Shown one piece after another: positions 54,841-64,000 of a stretch of DNA of 64,000 bases. This stretch comes from an uncultured delta proteobacterium (GTDB taxonomy: Bacteria; Bdellovibrionota; FAC87; UBA2466), in NCBI GenBank assembly GCA_963778115.1, contig CAVZSV010000007.1, positions 293,719 to 357,718 on the forward strand. The letters run 5' to 3'. How positions within the stretch are numbered: position 1 is the first letter of the stretch; each line of letters begins with the position of its first letter. The notes beneath the pieces were generated by a model that worked only from the letters and a program-made list of their open reading frames with translations, was not told where the DNA came from and ran no database searches. A program made the position numbers and the translations under genes.

Positions 54841-55560
54841 TTAATGAAGGTGGATGAGCAATCCACCCGTTAGGCCCACGTACGTCTTCGTGGAATAGCC
54901 GATGGAGAATGTCGTCTCGCCGTTGGCGAGCAATGCGAAAGTTCCACTTAGGGGAACCTCCATGCTTGCCGCGGGTCCCAGCGTATATTGCAGGGTGGGA
55001 GAGCTTGAGGAGACCATCCCATAGACGGGAACGGAATTTGGCTGTAACTGCAACCGCTGCGCTAGCCCTAATTCAAACTTAACGGAGGTCTCGAGGGGGA
55101 ACCGATAATATAGGGAGATTCCAAATTCCCAGTTGGACTGAGACAGAGTGGTATAGCCTATCGTTGTCGACGTATTGAAATAGCCAACTGACGGGCGGAA
55201 GACCCAGCAAGAGGCTGCCACATACTCCACAATAACTCGCCCCAGTGGACTTACATTCATTCCTTGATTCAGTAAGCTCGTGTTAGTGGATCCCATCATA
55301 ACTCCCATCTCGGCCCCTAAAGAGAAGGGGGAAGCCTCTTCGGAATTTTGATAGGTCGCCGAATTTTCGTTCAGCGGATTTTCACTACTTGCTAATTCCA
55401 CCGCGGGCGGCATCAACGGAACAAATTTCTTTTTCGTCTGGGCAAACGAATTCCCACTGAGTACAGCGAAAATCCCCACGAGTAAAATAATTCTCCGACT
55501 TCTATGGAATACACGCACCGACATTTGAGCATTTAAGAAGCACGCTAGATGCCAGCGCAC
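54841..55560 (-). CDS. hypothetical secreted/outer-membrane protein
   Basis: The internal Met MSVRVFHRSRRIILLVGIFAVLSGNSFAQ gives a signal peptide. Beta-strand-like alternating pattern. Confidence 0.4.
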   Translation of the reverse strand: MRWHLACFLNAQMSVRVFHRSRRIILLVGIFAVLSGNSFAQTKKKFVPLMPPAVELASSENPLNENSATYQNSEEASPFSLGAEMGVMMGSTNTSLLNQGMNVSPLGRVIVEYVAASCWVFRPSVGYFNTSTTIGYTTLSQSNWEFGISLYYRFPLETSVKFELGLAQRLQLQPNSVPVYGMVSSSSPTLQYTLGPAASMEVPLSGTFALLANGETTFSIGYSTKTYVGLTGGLLIHLH

Positions 55561-55659
55561 AGACTTCGCTGTGCGAAAACTCTTAGAGAATTTCGGGGTG
55601 AATGCTGAAGGTATCCAAACGAAGTGACGTTTTGCGGCAGGGGAATATCAAGAAGTTAC

Positions 55660-55716
55660 CTAAAGGTATCCGTTACCTCGAGTCCCGAAGGGACTGAATG
55701 TAACGGATACCTTTCG
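55660..55716. promoter_or_regulatory. 17-bp-arm palindrome ctaaaggtatccgttac / gtaacggatacctttcg with nested hairpin gtccc-gaa-gggac, copy 2
   Basis: 15 of 17 bp complementary. It lies 18 nt downstream of the stop of the HU gene 55734..56006 (minus strand). Confidence 0.6.
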
Positions 55717-55733
55717 ATATAGAGGTTTGCTGA

Positions 55734-56006
55734 CTACTTCACGTAGCTCTTAAATTCCTGACCAGGACGAAAACGAGGAGCGAAGTGAGCTTTGATCTGG
55801 ATCTCTTTGCCGGTCTGAGGATTGCGGCCGCGGCGAGCACTACGTTTGGAACGGAGGAAAGTGCCAAATCCTACGAGACGAAGCTCTTCGCCTTTTCTTA
55901 CCACTTTCTTGGTGATCTCAAGGGTCGCTTCAATCACTCGTTGGCAATCCGCTTTGGTGAGTTCGGTTTCGGACGCAACTTTGGCAATGAGTTCGTTCTT
56001 GTTCAT
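55734..56006 (-). CDS. HU family DNA-binding protein
   Basis: MNKNELIAKVA...GEELRLVGFGTF...GRNPQTGKEIQI; 90 aa. Confidence 0.85.
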   Translation of the reverse strand: MNKNELIAKVASETELTKADCQRVIEATLEITKKVVRKGEELRLVGFGTFLRSKRSARRGRNPQTGKEIQIKAHFAPRFRPGQEFKSYVK

Positions 56007-56177
56007 GGATGGTTCCTCCTAAATATTTTTTGGTCAAAATCTTTTAAGTAGCGTGCAAGAGTTTTGAAATATAGGAGCAAAAATAGAAGGCGGCAAGAAT
56101 GTTTTTATCCAACTATATGAATTTTGGCTTTTTTCTTTGGCAAAGAGCAAATGGGCTTGTTAACATGAGGCACACCT

Positions 56178-57026
56178 ATGGCGCCTACTCACTACTGGCA
56201 TCAACCTAATATCGATCCGGTTCTCATCCATCTATGGGGTCCCCTGCAAATTCGCTGGTATTCTCTGCTCTATGTAGGGGGCTTCGTCGTCGCGCGTTAC
56301 ATCTTACAAAGACTCTCGCGCGAAGCTCGATTTAAGTTTACTGCGGAAGACATCGAACAGTTTATTCTTTGGCTCCTTATCGGAACCGTCATCGGAGCTC
56401 GAATTATTTACTGCTTTGTTTACGATCCGAGGAGTCTATTCGAAGATCCTTTCTATCTGTTTCGTATTTATGAAGGTGGCCTTTCGTTTCACGGAGGGTT
56501 GCTAGGAATTATTGTCGCAACAATTCTATTTTGCCGCAAAAAAGGAATTCCCTTTTGGAATATGACCGATGCCTTAAGTCTAGCGGTTCCCGTGGGCTTG
56601 GCGATGGGGCGTATTGGGAACTTCATCAACGGCGAGTTGTTTGGGAGAGTCTCCTACGTTCCCTGGGCCATGATCTTTAATCACGGAGGAACGGAACCCA
56701 GGCATCCGTCTCAACTTTACGAGCTCTTCTTGGAAGGGATCTGTCTTTTCAGCATCCTGTGGATCTTAAAGCCTCGGCTTAAGAAAGACGGGCAGATCTC
56801 GATAGTCTTTCTGTGCGGTTATAGTTTAGCTCGATTTATAGCCGAGTTTTTTAGAGAACCCGATGCTCAGGTCGGCTATCTCTTTTTAGGACTCAGCATG
56901 GGACAACTGCTTTCCATCCTCATGTTTATCGTCAGCGCCTCAGTGGGTGTGTATCTGGCATCTCGAGGTTGGACGTTGGAGCCTGCCACTAAGAAATCTC
57001 CCAAACGTAAGGGCTCACGACGGTAA
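56178..57026 (+). CDS. lgt: prolipoprotein diacylglyceryl transferase Lgt
   Basis: Collinear Lgt motifs: IHLWGPLQIRWYSLLY, FHGGLLG, and the signature GRIGNFINGELFGR. Confidence 0.85.
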   Translation: MAPTHYWHQPNIDPVLIHLWGPLQIRWYSLLYVGGFVVARYILQRLSREARFKFTAEDIEQFILWLLIGTVIGARIIYCFVYDPRSLFEDPFYLFRIYEGGLSFHGGLLGIIVATILFCRKKGIPFWNMTDALSLAVPVGLAMGRIGNFINGELFGRVSYVPWAMIFNHGGTEPRHPSQLYELFLEGICLFSILWILKPRLKKDGQISIVFLCGYSLARFIAEFFREPDAQVGYLFLGLSMGQLLSILMFIVSASVGVYLASRGWTLEPATKKSPKRKGSRR

Positions 57027-57440
57027 TCGACGCTGGTGCCCCAGATTCGAAGTCAATTGCCGGATCTTACGCTTAAGCTGCTGCTTCTCTAATAAGATCG
57101 TATTACCAATCTTCCTCTCGAGCTTCCTCTTCGAGCGCGACAATTGAGAAATTAATTTATGCATGTTGATCTGAGGAAAAGTACCGTCGTGTTTGGCGTA
57201 GGTGGCCTTAAGCTCCCGTAATGTCTTTTCGAGATCTTCATAGACGCGAACCAACTCATTTAAATGAGGCTTTTTCAGTATGCGCGGTGGCGTTGCATAG
57301 ATCATTTTAAGAAACGATTCTTTCAATGGTTCTTCCATAGATCGTGCCGCGTTAAATTGGTATGTTTTGACCAACCCCCCCAAGGTATTGGTCGAGAGAA
57401 AGAGAAAATTTCGTTCAGAAGACCGAATTTGGCAAGTCAA
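57015..57440 (-). CDS. hypothetical small basic coiled-coil protein
   Basis: ORF only, with a Lys/Arg-rich helical C-terminus. It overlaps the lgt 3' end by 12 nt. Confidence 0.3.
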   Translation of the reverse strand: MTCQIRSSERNFLFLSTNTLGGLVKTYQFNAARSMEEPLKESFLKMIYATPPRILKKPHLNELVRVYEDLEKTLRELKATYAKHDGTFPQINMHKLISQLSRSKRKLERKIGNTILLEKQQLKRKIRQLTSNLGHQRRLPS

Positions 57441-57485
57441 CTTGCATCACAACAGAACTAGGAGGAAAAACCGCGGCAGATACGA

Positions 57486-58202
57486 CTATCCGAAGGTGGG
57501 GATAAAGAAACTGATTCCCAAATACACAGCGTAGTTGCTCTTGGGACTGGTAGAGCCATAACAAGGCGCAATCAAGACATAGTCACGCATGTCTACACTC
57601 AGCGCCATACCATCGTTCAAATAAAATTTAACTCCCAATCCGATATCGACCACCGGATCAAAGCCGGTGCGTAGAATGGTCTCAACAGCAGCACCTCCCG
57701 ACACGGAGTACATCGCGGTATCGTCCCTAGCAAGACCTATTCCTCCCACCGCATAAGCATCGAAGTGTACGATCGATCGGCCAAAGAGATGGAATTTGCC
57801 GTAAAAGGGAGATAGCACAAAATTTGAGGTCGCCATGAAGTGCAGTTTGTTGGTCTGAAGATTGGTGAGATTTTGACTGCTTACCAATCCGGTCGTGAAC
57901 CCACTTACACTCGGAAAAACAACTTGGACATCACCGATTTCCCACGCGTAATGATCCGAAAAGTGCCAAGTAAAGCGTCCGCCCAACATGTAGTGGTTGA
58001 TGACCGAATCGTAGGGCATCACACCCGCAATCAAACTCGCCTCAACCTTCCCCTCAGTGTAAAACTCTTTATGTCGTACGACGGCGTCGATCGATCTTTC
58101 GTACGAGTTTTCAGGGCTATCCGAAACACTCGCCGCGTTCGCAACCGAAGCGAACAAGATGATCGCTAGTACGGAGAAAAATGACACGCTGTTTTTTTTC
58201 AC
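57486..58202 (-). CDS. outer membrane beta-barrel domain protein
   Basis: Signal peptide MKKNSVSFFSVLAIILFASVANA, alternating beta-strand pattern, and a C-terminal ...GISFFIPTFG. Confidence 0.55.
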   Translation of the reverse strand: MKKNSVSFFSVLAIILFASVANAASVSDSPENSYERSIDAVVRHKEFYTEGKVEASLIAGVMPYDSVINHYMLGGRFTWHFSDHYAWEIGDVQVVFPSVSGFTTGLVSSQNLTNLQTNKLHFMATSNFVLSPFYGKFHLFGRSIVHFDAYAVGGIGLARDDTAMYSVSGGAAVETILRTGFDPVVDIGLGVKFYLNDGMALSVDMRDYVLIAPCYGSTSPKSNYAVYLGISFFIPTFG

Positions 58203-58352
58203 TTTAAAGTTCCTGATATGAGGAGAGTAGACGGCGACTATAAGTGCCTTTAAGCTCTCTTATTCATTTCAACACGACCTGGAAGATTGATCAACCTTTT
58301 GAGCGGGACTCAAACAATAAAACGGCGCGTTAAGTTTTGCTGAGTCGTGCGT

Positions 58353-60440
58353 TTAGACGGCACTCATCGGATCGACGTCGACGGCAAACTGAACCGGACT
58401 TTTCACTTGGTTCACGAATTCCTGACAGCTTCTTAAGATGCGCTGCAGATTTCGCACCGAATCACTTCGAATCATGCAGTGCCAACGATGCATATTCTTA
58501 ATTTTAGAAAGGGGGGCCTGAGCCGGGCCAATCACCTCGCACAGAGGTTTGGATCCGTCGTTAGCCCATTTTCTGATGCGCGCCGCAAGATCACAGGCAA
58601 AGGACTCCACCCGTTGTTCGTTTCGATGCTGGAATCTGAGCATCGCGAGTCGTTGGTAAGGGGGAAACGAGAACTGTTTTCTTAACTGCAATTCCAAGCG
58701 GTAAAAATCATCGGAACGGTTTTGAGCGGCGGCTAGTAGCACCGGATGCTCGGGATTTAAGGTTTGAATCACCACTTCGCCTGCAATCTCAGCGCGCCCC
58801 GCCCGGCCCGACACTTGGGTGATGATCTGAAAGGTCCGTTCTTGGGCCCGAAAGTCCGGCATGTTCAGACTCGCATCGGCCAAAAGAACCCCTACTAAAG
58901 CGATGCCAGGAAAATCGTGTCCCTTTGCTATCATCTGCGTCCCAATAGCAACATCCACTTCACGATGAGCGATACGGGTAAGTAGCGATTCCAAATCTTT
59001 TCGCGTTTTAACCACACTGCGATCCATTCGGGCGATTCGGGCAGTTGGCAAAAGCTCAGTAAGCGTTTTCTCCACCTGCTCGGTCCCGACACCAATGCTT
59101 TCCAAGGAAGTCCCTTGGCAACTTTCGCACGTATTAGGGGGAACCTCATAGGCGCCGCAATAGTGACATTGCAGTGAAGGAGGGCGCTGATAGTACGTCA
59201 GAGCCACGTCACAGTTGCGGCATCGCCAGGTGTGTCCGCAATCATGGCAAAAAAGAAAGTGAGCAAACCCCAATCGATTTAGATAAAGAAGTGCCTGCTG
59301 CTTTTCGCCTAATACTTTTTTAATCTTTTCCAACAGAGTAAAACTTAACCAAGGGATCTCTGACGAATAGAGTTGTGCCGCCTCCTTAAGATCTACAAAT
59401 GTCGTCGTGGGAAGGGCTCTTTTTTGGACTCTGTTCTTTAGCGTTACTAGCGAATACCTGTCACTTTGGGCGTTGTGGTAACTCTCTAAAGAGGGGGTCG
59501 CAGATCCTAAGACCACGCGAGCGTCTTCCATGGAAGCTCTGACAATAGCGATATCGCGGGCATGGTACCTCAGCGAATCTTCCTGTTTGAACGAACTCTC
59601 ATGTTCTTCGTCCACTACGACCAAACCTAAGTTTCGCACGGGTGCAAAAACGGCCGAACGGGCTCCCACTACCACTCGCGCCGTTCCTTGACGTAACCTT
59701 TCCCACTGAGTGAAACGTTCGGTCGCGGTAAGATCACTATGCAAGATGGCTACTTTCCCGGGAAATCGGTCGGAGAACCTTCCGAGGAGTTGGGGAGTCA
59801 AAGCGATTTCAGGAACCAGAATAATGGCTCCTTTCCCCTCTTGGAGAATTCCTTCCAAGACCTGCATGTAGACTTCGGTCTTGCCACTTCCGGTAACTCC
59901 GTGAAGCAGGACTGGCCTTTTGTCGGACTTGTCTAAGATCTTATCGACGGCAATCTTTTGTTCGTCAGTTAAAGTGTGGCGCTCCGAAGAAAGGGGAATT
60001 AGTCCATCTACACACCGGCTCTCCTCCTTGGGTTTGCGTTTAGGTGCCGTCCACGACTGCTTAGGAATCGCAACGGCGATAACTTCTCCGAGAGGATGAC
60101 AGTAATATTCCGATACCCAACGCAAAAACTTGAGCATCTTTTCGTCAAAAAGCGGTGAGGAAACCAAAACGCCGTCCAAAGGTTTCAGTTTGGTTTGCTC
60201 GATGTCGGTGGTTTCGGGGAAACCCAAAACAAAACCGTGGGTGTGGCGATTTCCCAAAGAGACTTTGACTAGACTTCCAACCTCGATAGTCTTTGCGGTT
60301 TCGGAATCGACGGAGTAGTGAAAGGAGCGCGGAACGCGGACGGGAACCGCAACATCTACAATCATCGGTAGCTCAATAATGTCTTTAGGGCCGTTGCCGC
60401 GGTTCCAGTCGGAGCGGGAGCGCGCGAAGCCGCTTTCCAA
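58353..60440 (-). CDS. priA: primosomal protein N' (PriA helicase)
   Basis: Walker [19 protein letters not shown] box, and Cys-rich zinc-binding region CHDCGHTWRCRNC...CHYCG. The likely start is the internal Met near 60365. Confidence 0.85.
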   Translation of the reverse strand: MESGFARSRSDWNRGNGPKDIIELPMIVDVAVPVRVPRSFHYSVDSETAKTIEVGSLVKVSLGNRHTHGFVLGFPETTDIEQTKLKPLDGVLVSSPLFDEKMLKFLRWVSEYYCHPLGEVIAVAIPKQSWTAPKRKPKEESRCVDGLIPLSSERHTLTDEQKIAVDKILDKSDKRPVLLHGVTGSGKTEVYMQVLEGILQEGKGAIILVPEIALTPQLLGRFSDRFPGKVAILHSDLTATERFTQWERLRQGTARVVVGARSAVFAPVRNLGLVVVDEEHESSFKQEDSLRYHARDIAIVRASMEDARVVLGSATPSLESYHNAQSDRYSLVTLKNRVQKRALPTTTFVDLKEAAQLYSSEIPWLSFTLLEKIKKVLGEKQQALLYLNRLGFAHFLFCHDCGHTWRCRNCDVALTYYQRPPSLQCHYCGAYEVPPNTCESCQGTSLESIGVGTEQVEKTLTELLPTARIARMDRSVVKTRKDLESLLTRIAHREVDVAIGTQMIAKGHDFPGIALVGVLLADASLNMPDFRAQERTFQIITQVSGRAGRAEIAGEVVIQTLNPEHPVLLAAAQNRSDDFYRLELQLRKQFSFPPYQRLAMLRFQHRNEQRVESFACDLAARIRKWANDGSKPLCEVIGPAQAPLSKIKNMHRWHCMIRSDSVRNLQRILRSCQEFVNQVKSPVQFAVDVDPMSAV

Positions 60441-61213
60441 CTATTCTTAAATTCGAAGAGTTGCTTATCTTTCAAATGACGGACCGACTGAACCTCCGAG
60501 GAGATTAAAACGAGTCCACCCGATTCAAACGTGGCTTTTGATGGAAAGAAGCCTTCCCCTTGTCGCCGAGTGAATTGATCAAAGTTCCACGCCGTCGCCA
60601 CATTATTACTTCGCCATTCAATCCGATCGAGTCCGTGCAAGGACTTATCAAAGTAAACCGCTTTTTGATTATTGGGATCGTCCGAGCCCTGAACGGTTAT
60701 AGCGACCCCTTGAGCCAAACGGGAAAGATAGATGTCATCATGGCGCAAGTAGTTTTCTTTTACGTTCCAAGTCTGCGGGTCTCCGTCAGGCATGAAGCCG
60801 GGCTTATATTCATACCATTGATCTCGACGAGTAAACTGCTCGAGAATGAGCGCATCTCTAAAAGCATCGGGATTATCGAGAGTGAAATACTTCATAAATA
60901 TAGCGCTGCGAGAGGGGATTCTCTCCCCTTTCCCGGTGAGGTAGCCTTGGCCGTCCCAGCGGGCTACCAGAAAAGGAGGTTGCCCCAGCTGCCTCCAGAT
61001 ACAAAGGGTCTGACCTCGTTCGGCGACAATGCGCTCTTCAAGATCGACGGTCTCTCCTGCTCTAAGGTCAACATGGTGACGAAAGACTATCTCTTGGGCC
61101 AGCCCCGGATGCCGATAATCAAAAAGATCGTGAACCACCGCCGTTAAGGGGGGGATGAAGCCGAAAGCGGTGGTTGCCAAGCAAGACAAGATGACAATGA
61201 AATACTGTTTCAT
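60362..61213 (-). CDS. hypothetical secreted protein (in the galU-priA gene string)
   Basis: Signal peptide MKQYFIVILSCLATTAFG; no recognised motif. Confidence 0.45.
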   Translation of the reverse strand: MKQYFIVILSCLATTAFGFIPPLTAVVHDLFDYRHPGLAQEIVFRHHVDLRAGETVDLEERIVAERGQTLCIWRQLGQPPFLVARWDGQGYLTGKGERIPSRSAIFMKYFTLDNPDAFRDALILEQFTRRDQWYEYKPGFMPDGDPQTWNVKENYLRHDDIYLSRLAQGVAITVQGSDDPNNQKAVYFDKSLHGLDRIEWRSNNVATAWNFDQFTRRQGEGFFPSKATFESGGLVLISSEVQSVRHLKDKQLFEFKNSWKAASRAPAPTGTAATALKTLLSYR

Positions 61214-62094
61214 AGCGTCCTTAAATAATCGCGAAGTTTCGACGCCAGCTCTGGCCGCACCAAAGCCGACTGAATCTGTGCCTTCAAATAGGAAAAATGA
61301 TTTCCGATATCAAACCTCATAGCATCTACCAACATGGCATTGAGCTTTCCAGCTTTACAGAGCATGTCCATACCGTCAGTAAGCTGAAGTTCGCCGCCGA
61401 CGCCGGGCCGCACCTCTTTGAGATAATCAAAGAGGACGGGTTCAAAGACATAGCGACCGATAATCGCATAGGGACTAGGCGCATCGCTAGGCTTCGGCTT
61501 CTCCACGGTCCTGCGGATAGGCGCGGGCTTCTGGGTAAGCTTCTCCCCCCCCACATCGATAATTCCATAGGAAGTAGTATCTTCCTTAGGAATTTCTACA
61601 ACACCTACCACTGAACTGTTAAGCGATTGAGCCGCATCGACCAAACGTTTAAGAACCGGAACGAAACCCGCTTTGGCATTCCACTCGGGAAATATCTCAT
61701 CCCCCAAACAGACGGCGAAACCTTCGTTTCCCACCACATGGCGGGCGCAGTAAATAGCGTGGCCCAGACCAAGCGGCTCCTTTTGCCTCACCGAAATGAC
61801 TTCGACCAGATTGCCTATGCGGTGAATTTTCTCGGCCAGCGCGTCTTTTCCCCGCCGCTTTAGCCAATTTTCCAAGTTAGGCGAAGGATCGAAATAGTCC
61901 TCTAGGACGGACTTCCCTTTCGAGGTCACGAAAATGACCTGTTCGATCCCTGCCGAAATTACCTCTTCAACGATAAAATGGACGGTCGGGGTGTCAATGA
62001 CGGGAAGCAGCTCCTTGGGAATCTCTTTGGTGAAGGGAAGCCCCCTCGTTCCTAACCCCGCCACGGGAATAACAACCTTTTTAATTGCGTTCAT
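61210..62094 (-). CDS. galU: UTP--glucose-1-phosphate uridylyltransferase GalU
   Basis: KKVVIPVAGLGTRGLP, KEIPKELLPV and VEKP motifs. The start is assigned to the internal Met (MNAIKK). Confidence 0.85.
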   Translation of the reverse strand: MNAIKKVVIPVAGLGTRGLPFTKEIPKELLPVIDTPTVHFIVEEVISAGIEQVIFVTSKGKSVLEDYFDPSPNLENWLKRRGKDALAEKIHRIGNLVEVISVRQKEPLGLGHAIYCARHVVGNEGFAVCLGDEIFPEWNAKAGFVPVLKRLVDAAQSLNSSVVGVVEIPKEDTTSYGIIDVGGEKLTQKPAPIRRTVEKPKPSDAPSPYAIIGRYVFEPVLFDYLKEVRPGVGGELQLTDGMDMLCKAGKLNAMLVDAMRFDIGNHFSYLKAQIQSALVRPELASKLRDYLRTL

Positions 62095-62308
62095 AGACGA
62101 TCTCTTCTCCAGATGAAGTTTCAACTTTAACCCAATTTTGGGTGGCTGGTAACGGGCCATTTATGTGTTCAAATGCCCACGACCTAAGGGAATCTGTTGG
62201 GTTTTTGACCCAGTTTATCCGATATGACCATTCGAGTCATCGCCCCCAGCAAGGCTCTTAAGAGATTTGCCTTATTGGTACATCTCTTGCTATCCATTCG
62301 AGGCGATG

Positions 62309-63259
62309 ACTGTTGATTATCTCTCTTCACCGGAAGGCTACCGCGTCCAAAAGACTTTGGCTAAGGCCATCTGCTTTCATGGAATTGGTCTTCACTCCGG
62401 ATGCCAGACCAAGCTCAAGTTGAATCCGGCTCCGGCTAATCACGGGGTCGTCTTTCTTCGAACCGATCTGAAAAAGGTTCCCAAGATCCTAGCCCACTAT
62501 GAGGCCGTGGTTGCCACGTCTCTAGCGACGAGCCTTGGACACGCCGATTCACCCGATGCCCGAATCAGCACGGTGGAACACCTACTGGCTGCCATTTTTG
62601 CCATGGGCATCACCAACCTTTTGGTAGAAGTTTCAGGACCTGAGATTCCTATTCTGGATGGAAGTGCCCTTCCCTATTTGGAAGCGATGTCGGACGTCGG
62701 GGTAGAACTTCAGCACTTTTCGACGCCCGTTCTTAAAATTATCAAACCGGTGCGTGTCTATAAGAATGGCGCCGTCTGTGAATTACTTCCTCGCGAGCGG
62801 CTCCGCCTGACGACTTCGATCGATTTTCCACATCCTTCCATTGGATTACAGACTTATGCCTTAGAGCTGACGCCGCGCTCTTTTCACGATGAAATTTCCT
62901 CAGCCCGAACCTTCGGATTTTTACGAGACCTCGACAAACTGAAACGTCACCAACTAGCCCAAGGAGCGTCTCTCGATAACGTACTGGCTTTCTCTGAAAA
63001 AGAGGTCATGAATCCAGGCGGCATGAGATTCGCGGATGAATGCGTTCGCCACAAACTCTTGGACGCTTTGGGCGATCTAGCCCTATGCGGATCTTGGATC
63101 CTAGGTGAGATGGTCAGCTACCGGGGCGGACATTCGATTCATTTGGCTTTACTCCAAGCCCTCAAAGAAAACCGCTCGCACTGGGAGCTACTTCCCGCGG
63201 AACCCTTATTCACGCCCGTGCAGGTGAAGTCTGCAGTTAGGTTGCAGATTAAGAGGTAG
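62309..63259 (+). CDS. lpxC: UDP-3-O-acyl-N-acetylglucosamine deacetylase LpxC
   Basis: KTLAKAICFHGIGLHSG, the zinc-binding His/Asp pattern, and the HxxxD region. The start is taken at the internal Met (MTVDYL...); the ORF could begin at 62267. Confidence 0.85.
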   Translation, partial: TVDYLSSPEGYRVQKTLAKAICFHGIGLHSGCQTKLKLNPAPANHGVVFLRTDLKKVPKILAHYEAVVATSLATSLGHADSPDARISTVEHLLAAIFAMGITNLLVEVSGPEIPILDGSALPYLEAMSDVGVELQHFSTPVLKIIKPVRVYKNGAVCELLPRERLRLTTSIDFPHPSIGLQTYALELTPRSFHDEISSARTFGFLRDLDKLKRHQLAQGASLDNVLAFSEKEVMNPGGMRFADECVRHKLLDALGDLALCGSWILGEMVSYRGGHSIHLALLQALKENRSHWELLPAEPLFTPVQVKSAVRLQIKR

Positions 63260-63265
63260 CTAAAG

Positions 63266-63330
63266 TCTGTCATTGCGAAAAGCAGGAGCGGACGGCGCAG
63301 CCGTAAGCGACTCGATGAAGCAATCTCATT
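63266..63330. repeat. dispersed palindromic element, copy C (ctgtcattgcgaaaagcaggagcgg...gaagcaatctcattgcc)
   Basis: Read directly, 7 nt after the lpxC stop. Its ends are imperfect inverse complements (CTGTCATTGC / GCAATCTCA). Confidence 0.55.
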
Positions 63331-63350
63331 GCCTAAGGATGATATAGAAT

Positions 63351-63854
63351 TTACCTTTCTTTCTTCGCACTAACGGGCTGGTCTGACGGCGCGCTGGCAC
63401 TAGCCGCAACGGTAACCATGGCATTACGCCTCCCAGGCAGGCGGGTGAAAACGATGTGGAAGAAAGCAAATACCACGGAACCCGCAGCAAAGAAGAGGAA
63501 CAGAAGCATTTTCTTGGCGCGGGATTCAAATTGAGTTTTGTAATCTTGGCAAGAGACCACCGCATTTCCGATCATCTGCGGCTGGTACTTGGCCAAGGGA
63601 TTAGCGGCCGAGTTGTACCGAATGATTTCTACGTTTTCACGCATCACCCGAGCCCCTTGGATCATGTACGCCAGTTTGCGATCTTCGTAGAGTAAAGAGG
63701 AAGGTAAAATCGACTGGTAATGAGCGACGGTGGCGTCGAGCTCTTGCAAGCACTTCTCGTAATCGGCAAGGCCAGGATCGACAGCGAGGGCAGGACCGCC
63801 CATCATCAGAAGATATCCCAACGCCAACAAATAAAATGTATGCCTTTTAGCCAT
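63351..63854 (-). CDS. hypothetical exported protein with C-terminal TM helix
   Basis: Signal peptide MAKRHTFYLLALGYLLMMGGPALA and a C-terminal hydrophobic segment. Confidence 0.4.
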   Translation of the reverse strand: MAKRHTFYLLALGYLLMMGGPALAVDPGLADYEKCLQELDATVAHYQSILPSSLLYEDRKLAYMIQGARVMRENVEIIRYNSAANPLAKYQPQMIGNAVVSCQDYKTQFESRAKKMLLFLFFAAGSVVFAFFHIVFTRLPGRRNAMVTVAASASAPSDQPVSAKKER

Positions 63855-63857
63855 GAG

Positions 63858-64000
63858 TTACGTAACGGACGGCCGACCACTCTTGAAGGCTCTCAGTAGC
63901 CTCCGCAATAAAGCCAAGCTTCGCCATCATCCGATTCAAGTCATCCTTCTGTTGTCCTAAGACTCCGGCAAGAATTAAATGTCCCTTCGGTGCCAGAAGC
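63858..64000 (-). CDS. C-terminal fragment of a class I methyltransferase, PrmA (ribosomal protein L11 methyltransferase)-like; N-terminus is outside the window
   Basis: Minus-strand translation ...LLAPKGHLILAGVLGQQKDDLNRMMAKLGFIAEATESLQEWSAVRYVTHG* resembles the PrmA C-terminal GG.L.LSGIL... region. Confidence 0.35.

Noticed and set aside
1-64000. CRISPR arrays, rRNA, phage structural genes, toxin-antitoxin pairs, RM systems
   Set aside because: I looked for regularly spaced direct repeats and for hallmark motifs (Cas, terminase, integrase, PIN/RelE, methylase DPPY/FxGxG) and found none. The only mobile element seen is the REP-RAYT-REP unit.

Overview
This is a 64 kb chromosomal window at about 50% GC from a Gram-negative bacterium. 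The Gram-negative call rests on LpxC, Lgt, GalU, several outer-membrane beta-barrel proteins and many SPase-II lipoproteins. The mix of abundant secreted proteases, lipoproteins and large adhesin-like proteins would fit a Bdellovibrio-like lineage, but that is only a guess. Housekeeping genes recognised: recJ, uvrB, priA, galU, lpxC, lgt, dcd, two HU/IHF-family genes, a DksA/TraR-family gene, an SDR, MarC, a CPA1 Na+/H+ antiporter, an M13 peptidase, an S8 subtilase, a rhodanese, one tRNA-Arg(CCT), and an edge-truncated PrmA-like gene. Accessory content found by reading the sequence: (1) an edge-truncated type IV pilin-like gene on the minus strand at 1..785 that is missing from the ORF track. 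(2) A divergent promoter region at 1646..2155 containing a (GAGTTCC)5 heptanucleotide repeat and a C9/G9 homopolymer 3 nt from a start codon. (3) A carotenoid operon crtY - crtE-like - crtI::crtB single-ORF fusion - translationally coupled His-rich membrane protein, followed immediately by a REP-RAYT-REP unit (Y1 HUH transposase flanked by 38-bp inverted repeats). (4) A family of lipoproteins and a 1625-aa secreted giant protein built from LamG-like and Big_2 domains, including a 666-bp tandem domain duplication. (5) A glycosylation module: CDP-paratose-2-epimerase-like gene, methyltransferase::GT2 fusion, and a GT-C-like polytopic membrane protein. A second module follows further on: WbaP-like sugar transferase, GT4 and GT9. 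(6) A pair of paralogous large secreted proteins with a Gly run, an Ala-rich helix, a Q-rich coiled coil and a shared C-terminal ...GHSG.F motif; this pair is the best candidate for something undescribed. (7) At least four copies of a dispersed CTGTCATTGCGAG-type palindromic element at gene 3' ends. (8) Two copies of a 17-bp-arm palindrome placed just downstream of stop codons. (9) A 353-aa Gly/Tyr/Pro/Thr-rich low-complexity secreted protein. No CRISPR array, rRNA or obvious phage genes were seen. All calls come from motif-level reading of the translations; no database search was possible.
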